From NCBI GenBank assembly GCA_951406725.2, contig OX597828.1, positions 70,246,001 through 70,310,000 on the forward strand: a stretch of DNA of 64,000 nucleotides. The letters are read 5' to 3'. Shown piece after piece: positions 27,307 to 39,320 of the stretch. The notes beneath the pieces are model-generated. The model worked only from the letters and a program-made list of their open reading frames with translations, was not told where the DNA came from and did no database searches. The stretch comes from Octopus vulgaris (taxonomy: Eukaryota). Each line of letters starts with the position of its first letter. Position 1 is the stretch's first letter. The position numbers and the translations under genes are program-made.

Positions 27307-27501
27307 GTAATTTGTATATTATGAACATCATCATCATCATCATCATCATCATGGTCGTCATCATAATTGTCATCATTATCATTATTATTATTACTATTAT
27401 TGCAAAATGAAAGAAATTAATATTATTAATTTATTATAGTTATGATTGAAATTATAATTATTATTACTATCATTATTGATATTTATTATTATCATTACTT
27501 C

Positions 27502-27578
<77 letters not shown>

Positions 27579-27602
27579 TTATTATTGTTGTTATTATTAT
27601 TA

Positions 27603-27664
<62 letters not shown>

Positions 27665-27770
27665 GATATTGTTACAAATATTTCTATCTAAACGAAATAA
27701 GAAATTACTTTTATGCATAATAGAAAATATTTATTATTCACATACAAACAGATGCATATATATGTATATG

Positions 27771-27806
<36 letters not shown>

Positions 27807-27823
27807 CATGTATATATATACAC

Positions 27824-27904
<81 letters not shown>

Positions 27905-28161
27905 TATATATATATAATACATATATATATATATATTCACATACAAATATATATAAATAGATTAATTTATATTAGTTGATTATATTCATAAGTTTTGAAA
28001 GAAAAATAATTAAAATTTCATTAAATATAATGAAGAAAATTAAATGTTAGTTTTTCAATAAAATACTTTGAACAGCATTAGTCATTATTTATTTTCTAAA
28101 TTATATTTATTATGTTTATATTTATGATTCCCAATGCACACAAATATAAATGCATACATAC

Positions 28162-28195
<34 letters not shown>

Positions 28196-28438
28196 TTAGA
28201 ATGTAGCATGGAAAAGTGAATGTTCAATGATGATGTTGGAATAAATGACTATGTATGTATATATATATATATTGTATATATACATGTATGTTATGTGTGT
28301 ATGTGTGTACACAAACACATGCATATACACACACACCTATATAAATATGTGTGTCAGTGTATATGTGTGTGTGTGTGTGTACACACAAGCCCACATGCTT
28401 ATACATATGATATATATTATATTTTGTTTTGGTCGAGT

Positions 28439-28486
28439 CCTGCTACTCTGAGTTTCCCCTGTAGGTGCACAGGATCCTCAGTCAAG
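28439..28486 (-). ncRNA. Minimal type I hammerhead ribozyme motif (Penelope-type), core intact
   Basis: Minus strand: cuuga-CUGAGGA-u-ccugu-gcaccu-acagg-g-GAAA-cuc-a-gag-UA-gcagg. The paralogue at 57678-57725 has a perfect stem I (cuugc/gcaag). Confidence 0.65.
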
Positions 28487-28599
28487 TTATGACAGTCATA
28501 TCTTGCCCAAAGTAAAACATCAATAATCTTTACCATGGTATTGAGTACTGGTTTTTTCTGATAGTTAACACCAAATAGCTACATTATAAATGTATATAG

Positions 28600-29200
28600 A
28601 TCATCGTCATCATCATCATCATCATCATCATCATTTAATGTCTGCTCTCCATGCTGGCATGGATTGGACAGTTTGACATGGAGCTGGCTAGTAGGGGTCA
28701 GCTGTCCAGATTCCAACTGTCTGTTGTGGCATGGTTTCTATGGCTGGATGCCCTTCCTAATGCCAACCACTTAGCAGGATTGCATTTTACATGCTACCAG
28801 CATGGGCATGTTCATGCAGCACCAGCACAGTGGAGGCGCAGTGGTTAGGGGCAGCAGACTCACGGTCAGAGGATCACGGTTTTGATTCCCAGACCAGGTG
28901 TTGTGTTTGTTTATTGAGCGAAAACACCTAAAGTCCATTTTATGTGGCACTGACACCTGTAAAAGACATGCCTGAATGTGTGGAAAACAGCGATTTTACT
29001 TTGCACATCTTCTAAAGTGCAGCAAATTGCCACATCTCCCTGTTCCTTGTCATTTCCTCAGTGAGGCCCAGCATCCGGAGATCATTTCTCACCACATCTT
29101 CCTGGGTCTACACCTTCCCTGCATAATTAGAGCTTGCCACTTCTTTATGTAGCTGTCCTCATCCATATGCATCACATGACCAAACCAGTGCAGTCTTCTG
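28600..29200 (-). mobile_element. RTE-clade LINE 3' end plus 3' UTR and (GAT)n tail, with a nested SINE at 28831-28934
   Basis: RRLHWFGHVMHMDEDS...RPRKMW...NDLRMLGLTEEMTRNREMWQFA continues into the ggcattaggaagggcatccagc...catgccagcatgg...(gat)n motif. Confidence 0.8.
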
Positions 29201-30722
29201 TGTGTGTGTGTGTGTGTGTAATACGCACATATATATATATATACATATAGTTTGATAGATAGATAGATAGATAGTTAGATAGGTAGGTAGGTAGATAGGT
29301 AGGTAGGTAGGTAGGTAGGTAGGTAGGTAGGTAGGTAGGTAGGTAGGTTGGCAGACAGACAGATAGATGTACACACAATGTGTGTGTCTTTTCGTTTTGA
29401 ATATAAAACACAGTAACATTTAGATATTGTCATTAGAGGCAAAAAATGAAAATTGTTTTAACAAAGTATTTTGAATTAATTATATCCACACTTGAAATTT
29501 TTTGAAAAAATGTGCATTAGCACAGCATTTCAACTCAGTGTTTGTTCCATTAAATGGTGATTCTACTTGTTAGAGATCAACTTGAAAGTGCAGAATTTAA
29601 TAAGGTTTTAATGAAACCACCATTCAAGTGTGGTCGATGCCAGTACTGCTTGACTGGCCCTTGTGCCAGTGGCATGTAAAAAGCACCCACTACACTCTTG
29701 GAGTGGTTGGCGTTAGGAAGGGCATCCAGCTGTAGAAATTTTGCCAGATCATATTGGAGCCTGGTGCAGCCATCTGGTTTGCCAGCCCTCAGTCAAACCA
29801 TCCAGCTCATGCCATCATTGAAAGCAGATATTAAACGACAATAATAATGATGAGAGGATCAATTAGTAAAGAGTTCAATTGTGGATTAATTAGATAGTGG
29901 TTCATCTCGATAGAGGATTAAGTCTATTAATGCATTTTAAACTTCTTTTATGTAATAACTATTGCTGCCCTTTTTTTGCTTCTGCTAACATTTTGTGGTT
30001 AACCCCTTCACTGCGATTCAACAGAGTGAAGGACTGAGGCTTAGTGGTTAAGGTATTCAGCTCACAGTCATGAGATCCTGAGTTCAATTCCTGGCAGTAT
30101 GTTGTGACCTTGAGCAAGGCTCTGTATTTCACATTGCTCCAACCCACTCAGCTGGTAAAAATGAGTTGTACCTGTAATTCAAAGGGTCCAGCCTTGCCCC
30201 TTTCTGTGTCACAGTGAACCTCCTTGAGAACTACATTAAGGATACACATGTGTCTGTGGAGCATTCAGCCACTTGCACACTGGTTTCATGAACAGATTGT
30301 TCCATTGACCAGATTAGCTGGAACTCCTGTAGTCATAAGTGATGATGGTCCAGTGTTTTTTCTTTTATGATTCAACAAATACACCAGAAAAGATTGTTGT
30401 CCACTAGTTGGTCACTGCTTGTACATCATAAGTCCTTTCACAGTATAATATGGATACTGGGTGATCTTTGCACACAGGCTAAAAATTGAAGTTATTTTTG
30501 AAAATTTGGACAATCTATTGCCCTCCCACTCACACACCCTCTACTCTCTTTGTCCCCTTCAAATTCATATACCTTAGAACTCTCTCCCATCTCGATGTTT
30601 TCCTCCTTCTTATGACCTAAACTCTTTTAAACTGAAGTAAATTTTTTCCTTTCATCTTGATTTGTACCTCTTTATAGTCCTTTACACTAAATGGCTTCTC
30701 ACTTTTGCGGGGACTTTCTTAT

Positions 30723-30753
<31 letters not shown>

Positions 30754-30804
30754 TCGTCTTCCAAGCCAGAGGTGGAAGTATTCTCTTTGAAAAGCATTGA
30801 GATA

Positions 30805-31105
30805 AGGGCTCAACTAGAGATCAGATCAACTAGATTTAGATTCATTTAATCAGTAATTGAACTCACTAGATTGTGATTCAACTAAGTGGTGGATCAACTG
30901 AGTTATGGTTTAGTTAAGTAAGGGATCAACTATGTGTGGTTCAACTAGATAGTGTATTGACTAGCTAGTAGATTGTGATTCAGCAAGGTAGTGGATTAAC
31001 TGAGTGTGGTTCACCTTAGTAGCTGATTAATTAGGCAAGTGAATCGACTTGGCTATTGTTCATCTAAATATTGGATCAGCTGTGTAGTTAATGTATCAAC
31101 TAGAG
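30805..31105. repeat. Degenerate minisatellite built from (g)atcaact / ttcaact subunits
   Basis: tcaact[ag] recurs about every 15 bp in alternating ggttcaactag / ggatcaactga forms. Confidence 0.6.
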
Positions 31106-31515
31106 CATGGACTGATGTTCTGCCATGCTGGGGCACTGCTATTAGTGTGATTTCTAGTTTATTTCAAACTTATGAACCTCTTTCCAGATTTGGTTTTGTT
31201 AATAATTTTGGCAGAGCTTTGGGTTCTTGGACCCTAAGCTGTTACAGTATTGACTCGTTACTTTAGCTAGAGAGGCTGGGATCTTTGGTACTCTGCACTG
31301 ATGTTGAAACTGAAAGTTGTCATAGCTTTCAATCCCAAAATTAGCTGCTAGATCCTTCAGGTGTGGCTGTGTGGTAAGAAGTTTGTTGCCTAACCACATG
31401 GTTCCGGATTCAGTCCCACTGCATTGCACTTTGGGCAAGTGTCTTCTACTACTTCTTCAGATCGACCAAAGCCTTGTGAGTGGATTTGGTAGACAGAAAC
31501 TGAAAGAAGCCCATT

Positions 31516-31551
<36 letters not shown>

Positions 31552-31754
31552 GGTGGGTGGTCAGTGTTTGTCCCCCACTACTGCTTGACAATTGGTGGTT
31601 GTGTGTCTTTTGTCCCTGTAACTCAGCAGTTTGGCAATAGTGACTGATAAAATAAGCACTAGGCTCGATTTGTTTGGCAATAACTCTTCAAGGCAGTGCC
31701 CCAGCATGGCCACAGTCTAATGACTGAAACAAAAGATAAAAGATATATATATAT

Positions 31755-32300
31755 AAATATCACTGTATATCTTTTGTATCTTCTCTCTCTGGGGAAGAGA
31801 GTCTGAATTCTTTTAACCTTCAACACTTGCTCATCTATTGCACAAATGCATTCACCTTACTTTAGTGTTGTTGGATTGCCTCAAGTTTTTCTGTCAGTTT
31901 AACACTTGGTGGGGACCATAATAGGGACCAGTAATACAGGTCATTGGAAATGAATGTTCTCATTAGGGCCAACATAGTTTTCATTTTCCTAGTTGTGAAT
32001 GATCTCAGAATATCCAGCCAGCCAGTTCTTTGCACTGTGTTACCATCAAAATAATATGTATATGGAATGATGTATCATTACTCATGTGGATTCTCAGGCC
32101 ATAGCCTTACTGTGAATCTGGGATTACAATACCAGCTGCTCTTGCATATTCTCACTGCATTCATTTATGAACTGGTTGCAGGGCCCTTCAACATTTTCAG
32201 CACTGAACTGCTTACGGTCTTCTTCAGGTCTTTCTGAAGATTTCTCTTATCCTCAGCCTGTGATTCCCTTCTGTCATCAGCATTGCTGGTGAAAATGGCT
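31755..32300 (-). mobile_element. Degraded CR1-type LINE ORF2 fragment
   Basis: Piecewise translation LAGWILRSFTTR...ETMLALMRTFI...YWSLLWSP...EAIQ resembles the CR1/L2 post-RT region. Many frameshifts. Confidence 0.65.
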
Positions 32301-32315
32301 GATTATATTATAAGA

Positions 32316-32710
32316 CTAGCAGTATCGCCCTACGTTGCTCGGGTTTGTAAGGGAAATAACTATATAAGCATTTTTAGAGATGTAAAGTATAAAAGCCATC
32401 TCAATATGGCTAACCACAAAGGGGGGTGTTACTGTAGCTTTTTGCGTTCTGAGATTTAATAATAAATTTTTAGAGAGTTACTTCCCTTATATATGCCAAA
32501 AATGCATTAAAAATGGGAAAAATTGATGGTAAATTATTTTTAAAATCATAGACTCATCGTAGATGCGCGCTAATACCCAGAAGGGCTCGATATGAATCAC
32601 GACTATAAGATACCCGGTTTTGGTTAAACTGCACCGCAAAATGTGGGAGTAGTTAGGAATCTAAATCGTAGGAGACAGACAGCACACAACCTCTCTTTTA
32701 TATATAAAGA
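32316..32710 (-). mobile_element. Non-autonomous Helitron
   Basis: The minus strand begins TCTTTATATATAAAAG and ends with a subterminal GC hairpin (cccgagcaacgtaggg) followed by ...actgCTAG|t. Confidence 0.75.
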
Positions 32711-32862
32711 AGAAGATATGGAAAGCAGGTACACGGTTAAAATCCAAGCTGTGACCTCTTGAGGAACATTTGCTTATTCCAGTATTCCAGATACATTTTG
32801 TGTAAGTTATATATAAGAGTTAAAAAATACTGGAAAATATTTTCTGTAGAGTAAGAATATCA

Positions 32863-32950
32863 AAACAGGATATTGGGAAAATTTTGGTATTATTTATTCA
32901 TCATTCAATGGTAAATAAATAATACCAAGAAATTTCTCAATCTCCTGTTT
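32863..32950. repeat. 88-nt near-loopless hairpin
   Basis: aaacaggatattgggaaaattttggtattatttatt pairs with aataaataataccaagaaatttctcaatctcctgttt. Confidence 0.85.
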
Positions 32951-33063
32951 CAGTATAAGATATATATATATATGGGGAGAGTTTACGAAAAAAAAAAAGA
33001 TGAAGACAGGTGGTGTACAAAATAAACAGATGTATTAGTATAATGCTCAGAAATAGAAAAAGT

Positions 33064-33099
33064 CTTTTACGTTTCGAGCCTACGCTCTTCTACAGAAAG
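33064..33099 (-). ncRNA. Minimal hammerhead-like motif with variant core
   Basis: cuuu-CUGUAGA-A-gagc-guag-gcuc-GAAA-cg-UA-aaag. Stems I and II are perfect, stem III is the palindrome ACGU, and A6 is replaced by U. Confidence 0.5.
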
Positions 33100-34340
33100 G
33101 GACACAGAAAAAACATGGTGAGAAAAAAATGTGTGTAGTGGCTAACGATATATATACATATATATATGTGTGTATGTAAGTACATATATATTTTATATAG
33201 CTTCATTGGACTTACCTATTGAGTGAAGTATTGTGTAATTGTTTATCTCAAATAATTCTGTATATTCCCTATCATTTGATGTGGTTAGCCAGATCTGGAT
33301 TGTATCAGAGTGCTAATAAGGTACCTGCCCATATTCCAAATTCCTATTTCTTTACATTTCTCATATATACATACATACATATGTGTATATATATATATAT
33401 ATGTATATATGTATATATGTATATATGCTGATGTGGCCATGTCATAAGAAGTTTGCTTTCCAGCCACATGGTTTCATGTTCAATCTCAGTGTGTGGTGCC
33501 ATGGGCAGGTGTCTCCTGATGGAGTCCTTAGATGAGTGGATTTGGTAGATAGAAACTGAAAGAAGCCCATCATATGTGTGTGTGTATGTGTGTGTGTTAC
33601 TGTCCCCGTGCTATGACATCGCATGATAGTTGTGTCACCATCACTCAAGTGGTATCCATCATTTCCAGTCTTTTGTGAGAAGATGTTTCTCCAAGGAGAA
33701 AATATTTCCTTACTTGGAAACAGGTGAGGGTCAGTGACAGGGAGAGCATTCTGTTTCAATGAATTCTATCTGACCCATGCAAGCATGGAAAAGTTGATGT
33801 TAAAATGATGATGATGATGATGATGATATATATATATGTACATATTATTGAGAGGTTGAACCAATTTCATGTCATATATTACACAGTCTACAGTTACAAT
33901 GTACACACACACACACACACACACAAACAAACAAGCATACACACACATAAATGTATATACATGTACACACATACATATAGTTATATGTCTTTTTAGCTAA
34001 TTTTCTCTGGATTTAGCATTTTAGGGCCCTGGGTTGGGATCGTAGACTTTTTTTTTTTTTTGAAGCAAAGTTTTACAGCCAGAGGCTGCTCTTGATTCTA
34101 ACCATTTTAGTAATCCCTTACAGCACCTATGGAGAGCTGGAAAAAGATGAGAGAACAGTTCAGCTTCTCCATCTACACAAACTTTTGCTGTCATCTGAAG
34201 AACAAGAACAAGAGAAATGGAATAAAGATCTTTGGAATAAAGAAATTTCATCTTCCCAAAAACTATGTTACTCTGCCTCCTCTGTTGTGTACTTTCTTTT
34301 CTTGCTCCTGTTCACATTTGAGTGTCAACATTTGCATATA

Positions 34341-34401
<61 letters not shown>

Positions 34402-34604
34402 TTATATATGTGTGTGTTTGTGTGAGTATATAGGTGCATATATATGTGTGTGTGTATATATATATATATATACACATGCACACACACTTACACACATATA
34501 TATGTGTATATGTATATATATGTGTGTGCGTGTGTGTATACATATATATATATTTATGCATATAGATATATATAAACACAAATACAAATATGTATATGTG
34601 TGTA

Positions 34605-34650
<46 letters not shown>

Positions 34651-34963
34651 TATATATATACATACACACATTCACATACCCATTCATATACATACACACA
34701 TACATACATGTGTGTGTGTGTGTGTATATCCTTTTCCATGGACATAACTAAAATACAGACGACTACATATACAGGCATTAAACATCTCCAGCCATGAAAT
34801 CATTAACCATTCTCATTAGTAGACCTTCAATCATAAACCTTAAATATTACAAAAAAAAAAAAAACCAACAAAAAAAAACAACAAAATATAACCCGTAAAA
34901 TTCCAGTACATTCCGGGTGCATCAACAGTTCGACCTCATTCCAAGTTATAAATATATTTGCAG

Positions 34964-35131
34964 CTCCAGGAATGGGTTTGCCACTTGTGTCGGAAGCGGA
35001 GAGTTTTGGTACTTAGCACCGGTCTTTGGTATCATGGGAGGCACCGCAACCCAGATTCTATAATCCTGCAGGTGATTGAATCCCAATGTCTGCTAGAGAA
35101 ATCCTCACAAATAACCCAACAGATTCCATCC
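34964..35131 (+). CDS. Internal exon: C-terminal half of a RIM/rabphilin-type Rab-binding zinc finger; RIM/Piccolo/Fife-like active-zone protein
   Basis: Acceptor tttgcag| at 34963 (alternative ctccag| at 34969), donor TCC|gtaagt at 35131, phase 0 on both sides. Translation LQEWVCHLCRKRRVLVLSTGLWYHGRHRNPDSIILQVIESQCLLEKSSQITQQIPS matches the RIM pattern WVCNLCRKQQEILTKSGAWF (last CxxC plus SGAWFF-type motif). Confidence 0.85.
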
Positions 35132-35186
35132 GTAAGTGAAAGGACAATTTATCAATTAGAACAAGCAACAAGTTTGCACAGTCTGC

Positions 35187-35865
35187 TTCTCTCTCTCTCT
35201 CTATCTCTCTCTCTCTATCTCTATCTATCTGCTTGCATCTCCCTCTCTTTCTCTTATTTCTCTTTACCTTTGTCAGTGTTAAATATGTTTTGCATGCTTC
35301 CCATTCTCTCTCTCTCTCTCTCACTCAGTCTATCTATCTGCCTTTCTCTCTGTCTATGGATAGATAGATAGGAAGATAGAAAGATAGATTTGTCTGTCTG
35401 TCTTTATGACTGTCTGTCTGTTTGTCACTTCCTCTTGCTCTTTTATATTTGATACTTTTTTTTATTTTATTTTTACAATCTTTTTCAGTCTTATATTCTC
35501 TCTCTATCTCCTTCTCTACCTCTTCTTCCCCCTGGCAAGCCCCTCCTTCTCTGTCTGTCTCTCTGTCTCTCTCTATTCCTCTCTCTATTCCTCTCTCTTA
35601 CCTCTCTGTTGATAATCTCCCTCCCACTTCCCCTCTTTGCTTTCTTCTCCATTTCTGTTTCCTCTCTGTTCTTTCCATTATATCCCTCTCTCTGTCTCTC
35701 TCTTTCTCTCTCCCCCTCTCTGTATATTCATATATACACACATATATATGTACACACTCTCTCACACATCCACAGACATCTCTTCGTCCCCCCCTCTCAC
35801 AGTCTCTGTCTGTTTCTCAACCTCTCTTTCTTTGCCTCACTCTCTCCCTTCCTCCCTCCCACTAT

Positions 35866-35899
<34 letters not shown>

Positions 35900-35932
35900 G
35901 TCTCATCTTCTATCTCTCTCTCTCTCTCTCTG
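35187..35932. repeat. (CT)n-rich polypyrimidine tract just downstream of the zinc-finger exon
   Basis: About 750 bp strongly pyrimidine-biased on the + strand. Purine/pyrimidine mirror tracts also occur at 22010-22170 (TTC) and 25010-25225 (GAA/GGA). Confidence 0.9.
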
Positions 35933-36219
35933 AGTGAACGCCCGCCCCCTACTCTAAAATGTGCATGTTTCATGATTCTTCACCAATAAACGCCATTGGT
36001 TATCTTATCTGATTGATCCCAATATATATATTTGATGACCGCTTCCGCAACATTACCAAACAAACCTCTGCTCTCCCCCATGCACACATGCACATAAATA
36101 TCAATAAATGTACATACATTCACACACACACACACATGTATGTGTATGTATGTGTGAATGTATGTATGCATACATGTGTGTATATGTGTGTGTATGTGTG
36201 TGTATATATATATATATGC

Positions 36220-36250
<31 letters not shown>

Positions 36251-39039
36251 CTCATACATATATATATGTATATATGTATGTATTTATGTATGTATGTATG
36301 TAAATATATATATGCATGTATGTATGTATGTATATACACGCATACACATATATCTAGCCGGTGCTATACAGACACTCTGTAGACCTCTTCCGATCACAAA
36401 GTTAGAATTCCTTAATAGAGATACTAATAATTAATAAAATTGTTAATGAGATAGATCACCTCCTTGCTCCCCACAGTTCTGAAACATATTTGCCTTAGTT
36501 CAAAATTCCACCGAGAACTCTCCCTTCCTCTGTGACTTACATATATCAGTAACAACAAGATCTGACCCCTAATTTAGCACTTATGGAAAAGGTTGGGGTT
36601 AAGTAAACTAAGTCTATGGCCAATAGGGACCAAGTTGTGCTGTAGCCATTGTCCAACTCCCATCTACATTTCTGAAATGGTTTTACTGCTAGAAAGAGTG
36701 AAATTTGCCAGAGATTTTTGGCTCGTGTTCCTTGTATATCTGATTTCTACTTTAGAATTTGATTGGTCCGTTTCTGAAGACACTTGAAGAATAGACTTAT
36801 TCTGAAAGAGAGTTTAGGGAAATAGAAATACCAAAGGTGCTATTACTAATCATAATTCAAATATTTTGCATTATTGCATAACTATACCAGATAATATATA
36901 CATATATATACGTAATTATATATATATATATATATTATATATATATACATATATTTTCAAAATGTGACAAGTGACCACACCCCTGACACACAGATGAATG
37001 ATGGGTAAAAACGAAGATTGGTAAGTAAGGGTTACCCAAAAGATGCTGCTCTTAAAAATACTTCATAACAGAAAATAATTTCATTATTTCAGCCAAACCA
37101 AAACTGTTCAATGACTCAAACCGGTTTTTTATCGAGCATTTGTCTTCTATTTTTTGTCGGTTTTTTTTCTTCTTCTTTTTCTTCTCTGTTTTAATTATAT
37201 TTTTATTGTTTTTCAAGTATTTTCTTTGCTTGCATAAACCTAAGAAAGAAGAAGACATATTGATTTTCTTATATATCTTTGAAATATACCAAACTCTCTG
37301 CTAATGGCACTGTAGTGGTGGTGGTGGTGGTGGTGGTGGTGGTGGTGGTGGTGGTGATGGTGTTGGTGGCGGCGGTAGTGGCGGCAGTTGTGGTGGCAGT
37401 AGGTGTCACTGGGGTCAGACTTGAGGTAGGACTGCTGGATATGTCAGACTCCAGGTCAGTATTAGAAGGGGTTTGGGTAACCCTGTGTGAGAGCGGTTGT
37501 ATTTGTGGATGTATGTATGTGTGGTTGTGGACCAGTGATGTGTATGTGTATGTGAGTGTGTGTGTGTCAACAGTGGTCTGTGTGTGTATTGTGTATGTGT
37601 GTGTATTGTGTATGTGTGTGTTTATAGTGGTGTATATGCATATGTGTGTGTGTGTGTGAGTGTATATTATTGTGATGTTCTACAGTATATATGTGTAATG
37701 ATGTAAGTTTGTATTGTGTATGTGTGTATGTGTAGTGACATGGATGTATTCATTTTTGTAGTTGATCTTGTTCAGCTCCAAGTTGACTCTGATCCAACAG
37801 AATATGACCTTAGGCATTCCAGCCATGGCCACTTCATCTATTTTTTCAGGAACTCTGTACTTGAGACTACATTCTCTAATGTGTCTCTTCTTTTGTTAGA
37901 AAAGTAGAGTGCGATTAGAAGGAGCAGTTGGAAGACCATGCAAAAGCTTGTTGGTGTCCATGGTGTTGGGGGCGGTGGTGATAGTTGCTGTCGCTTGTTG
38001 TTTAGCCCCAGGTCAACTGTAATTCAACTGACCTATAATCATGTCTCTTTTGTGTTTTTAAGACTATATTTTCGAATAAGTCCTTCAGTTGAGAAAATAT
38101 TAGCTGCTATCTCTAGCAAGCTCATTGACTGCATAGAGGCTCCTTTAATAGAGTCTGCAGCAATGCTATGAGATATGTATGTAGGGATGTATTGTAATGT
38201 GTGTGTGTCTGGTGTGTGTGTATGTGTGTGTGTGTGTGTGTGTGTGATGTGATGCCATGTGTGTGGGGTGTGCTTGTGTATAGTGAGCTGTGTATGTCTG
38301 TGTATGTAGGTATTCAGTCATTAACAAAGCAATTAATCAACCTAATTATTTATTTATTTCTCACCATTAGTCTGTGTTCACTTCCGATCAATTCTCCAAT
38401 CCATCACATCAGCCTCTGCTCTGTATTGAACCCTAAAACATTATCTTCACTGACTGAGAAGTAGTACAGTGAGATGTTATTATTCATTCTTTTGTTATCC
38501 ACGTCAATCATCTGGTGAAACTTTATTCAGCAATCACCACTCATTAAACTTCTACACTCTCTACTTCATCTGTCAATTCTACTTTAATCTGTAATCCATA
38601 ACTTTTAAATCTACCAAGTCACTGATTGATTGAAAGAGAGAGAGAGAGAAATAGGAAGAGAGAAAGAGAGAAAGGGAGAGAATGTGAGAGAGGAGGGTGA
38701 GGGAGTGAGTGACAAGACTTTTGTGTATAATTTGACCGAGGGTTGAACCCTGGTCCCTGCTCCTAGAGATTTCAGCCTAAGTGTAAGTATGTTTCATGAT
38801 GGAAGACACTGTATGTGGTTATCTTACCTGTACTAGAAATAGCACCCAAATTGCATTCTATGGTGTTAAATAAATAAAAACATGGAAGAGCATATTGTAT
38901 TATACAGCCCTTGATACAATGTCTTAATTAAAAAAAAATACAGGAGAGTCACATCTGGAACACCTTTGATGATGATTATGCTGGATCAGGACTGATCTGA
39001 TGACAACAATATATGTTACATAATTTATTGGCCAATACA

Positions 39040-39320
39040 AAGGACATGAAATTCATTCGATTTACTTGTTAGAATGTAATTAGAATATCACAGGAAAGTC
39101 TCACAAGATAGATTCTTGAAGCTGAGACAACCAGCAGGGCATCTGAAGAGAGTTCCAGAAGGAGACAGTTGGATGATATCCACAGTCTCAGTTGGTCATG
39201 CTTGGGAATTCAACTGGAAAGTGTAACTGGTTGCTTCTGAGAGGGCACTACAGAGGAGGTGCCTGAGGGCTCTGACCCCTATGATCCTCTCAGGAATAGT
39301 GGGTGGAAAAAATAGATAGA
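39040..39320 (+). mobile_element. Degraded RTE-like 3' end
   Basis: RISQESLTR*ILEAE...RRRQLDDIHSLSWSCLGI resembles the RTE C-terminal region. Heavily mutated. Confidence 0.45.

Noticed and set aside
34114-34290. Possible exon TYGELEKDERTVQLLHLHKLL... after ccttacag
   Set aside because: No convincing donor, no recognisable similarity, and it does not supply the missing zinc-finger half.
36994-37020. 27-nt segment between acacag and a strong gtaagt donor
   Set aside because: Contains TAA in the phase-0 frame and has a weak acceptor. It could at most be a non-coding or poison exon, which I cannot support.
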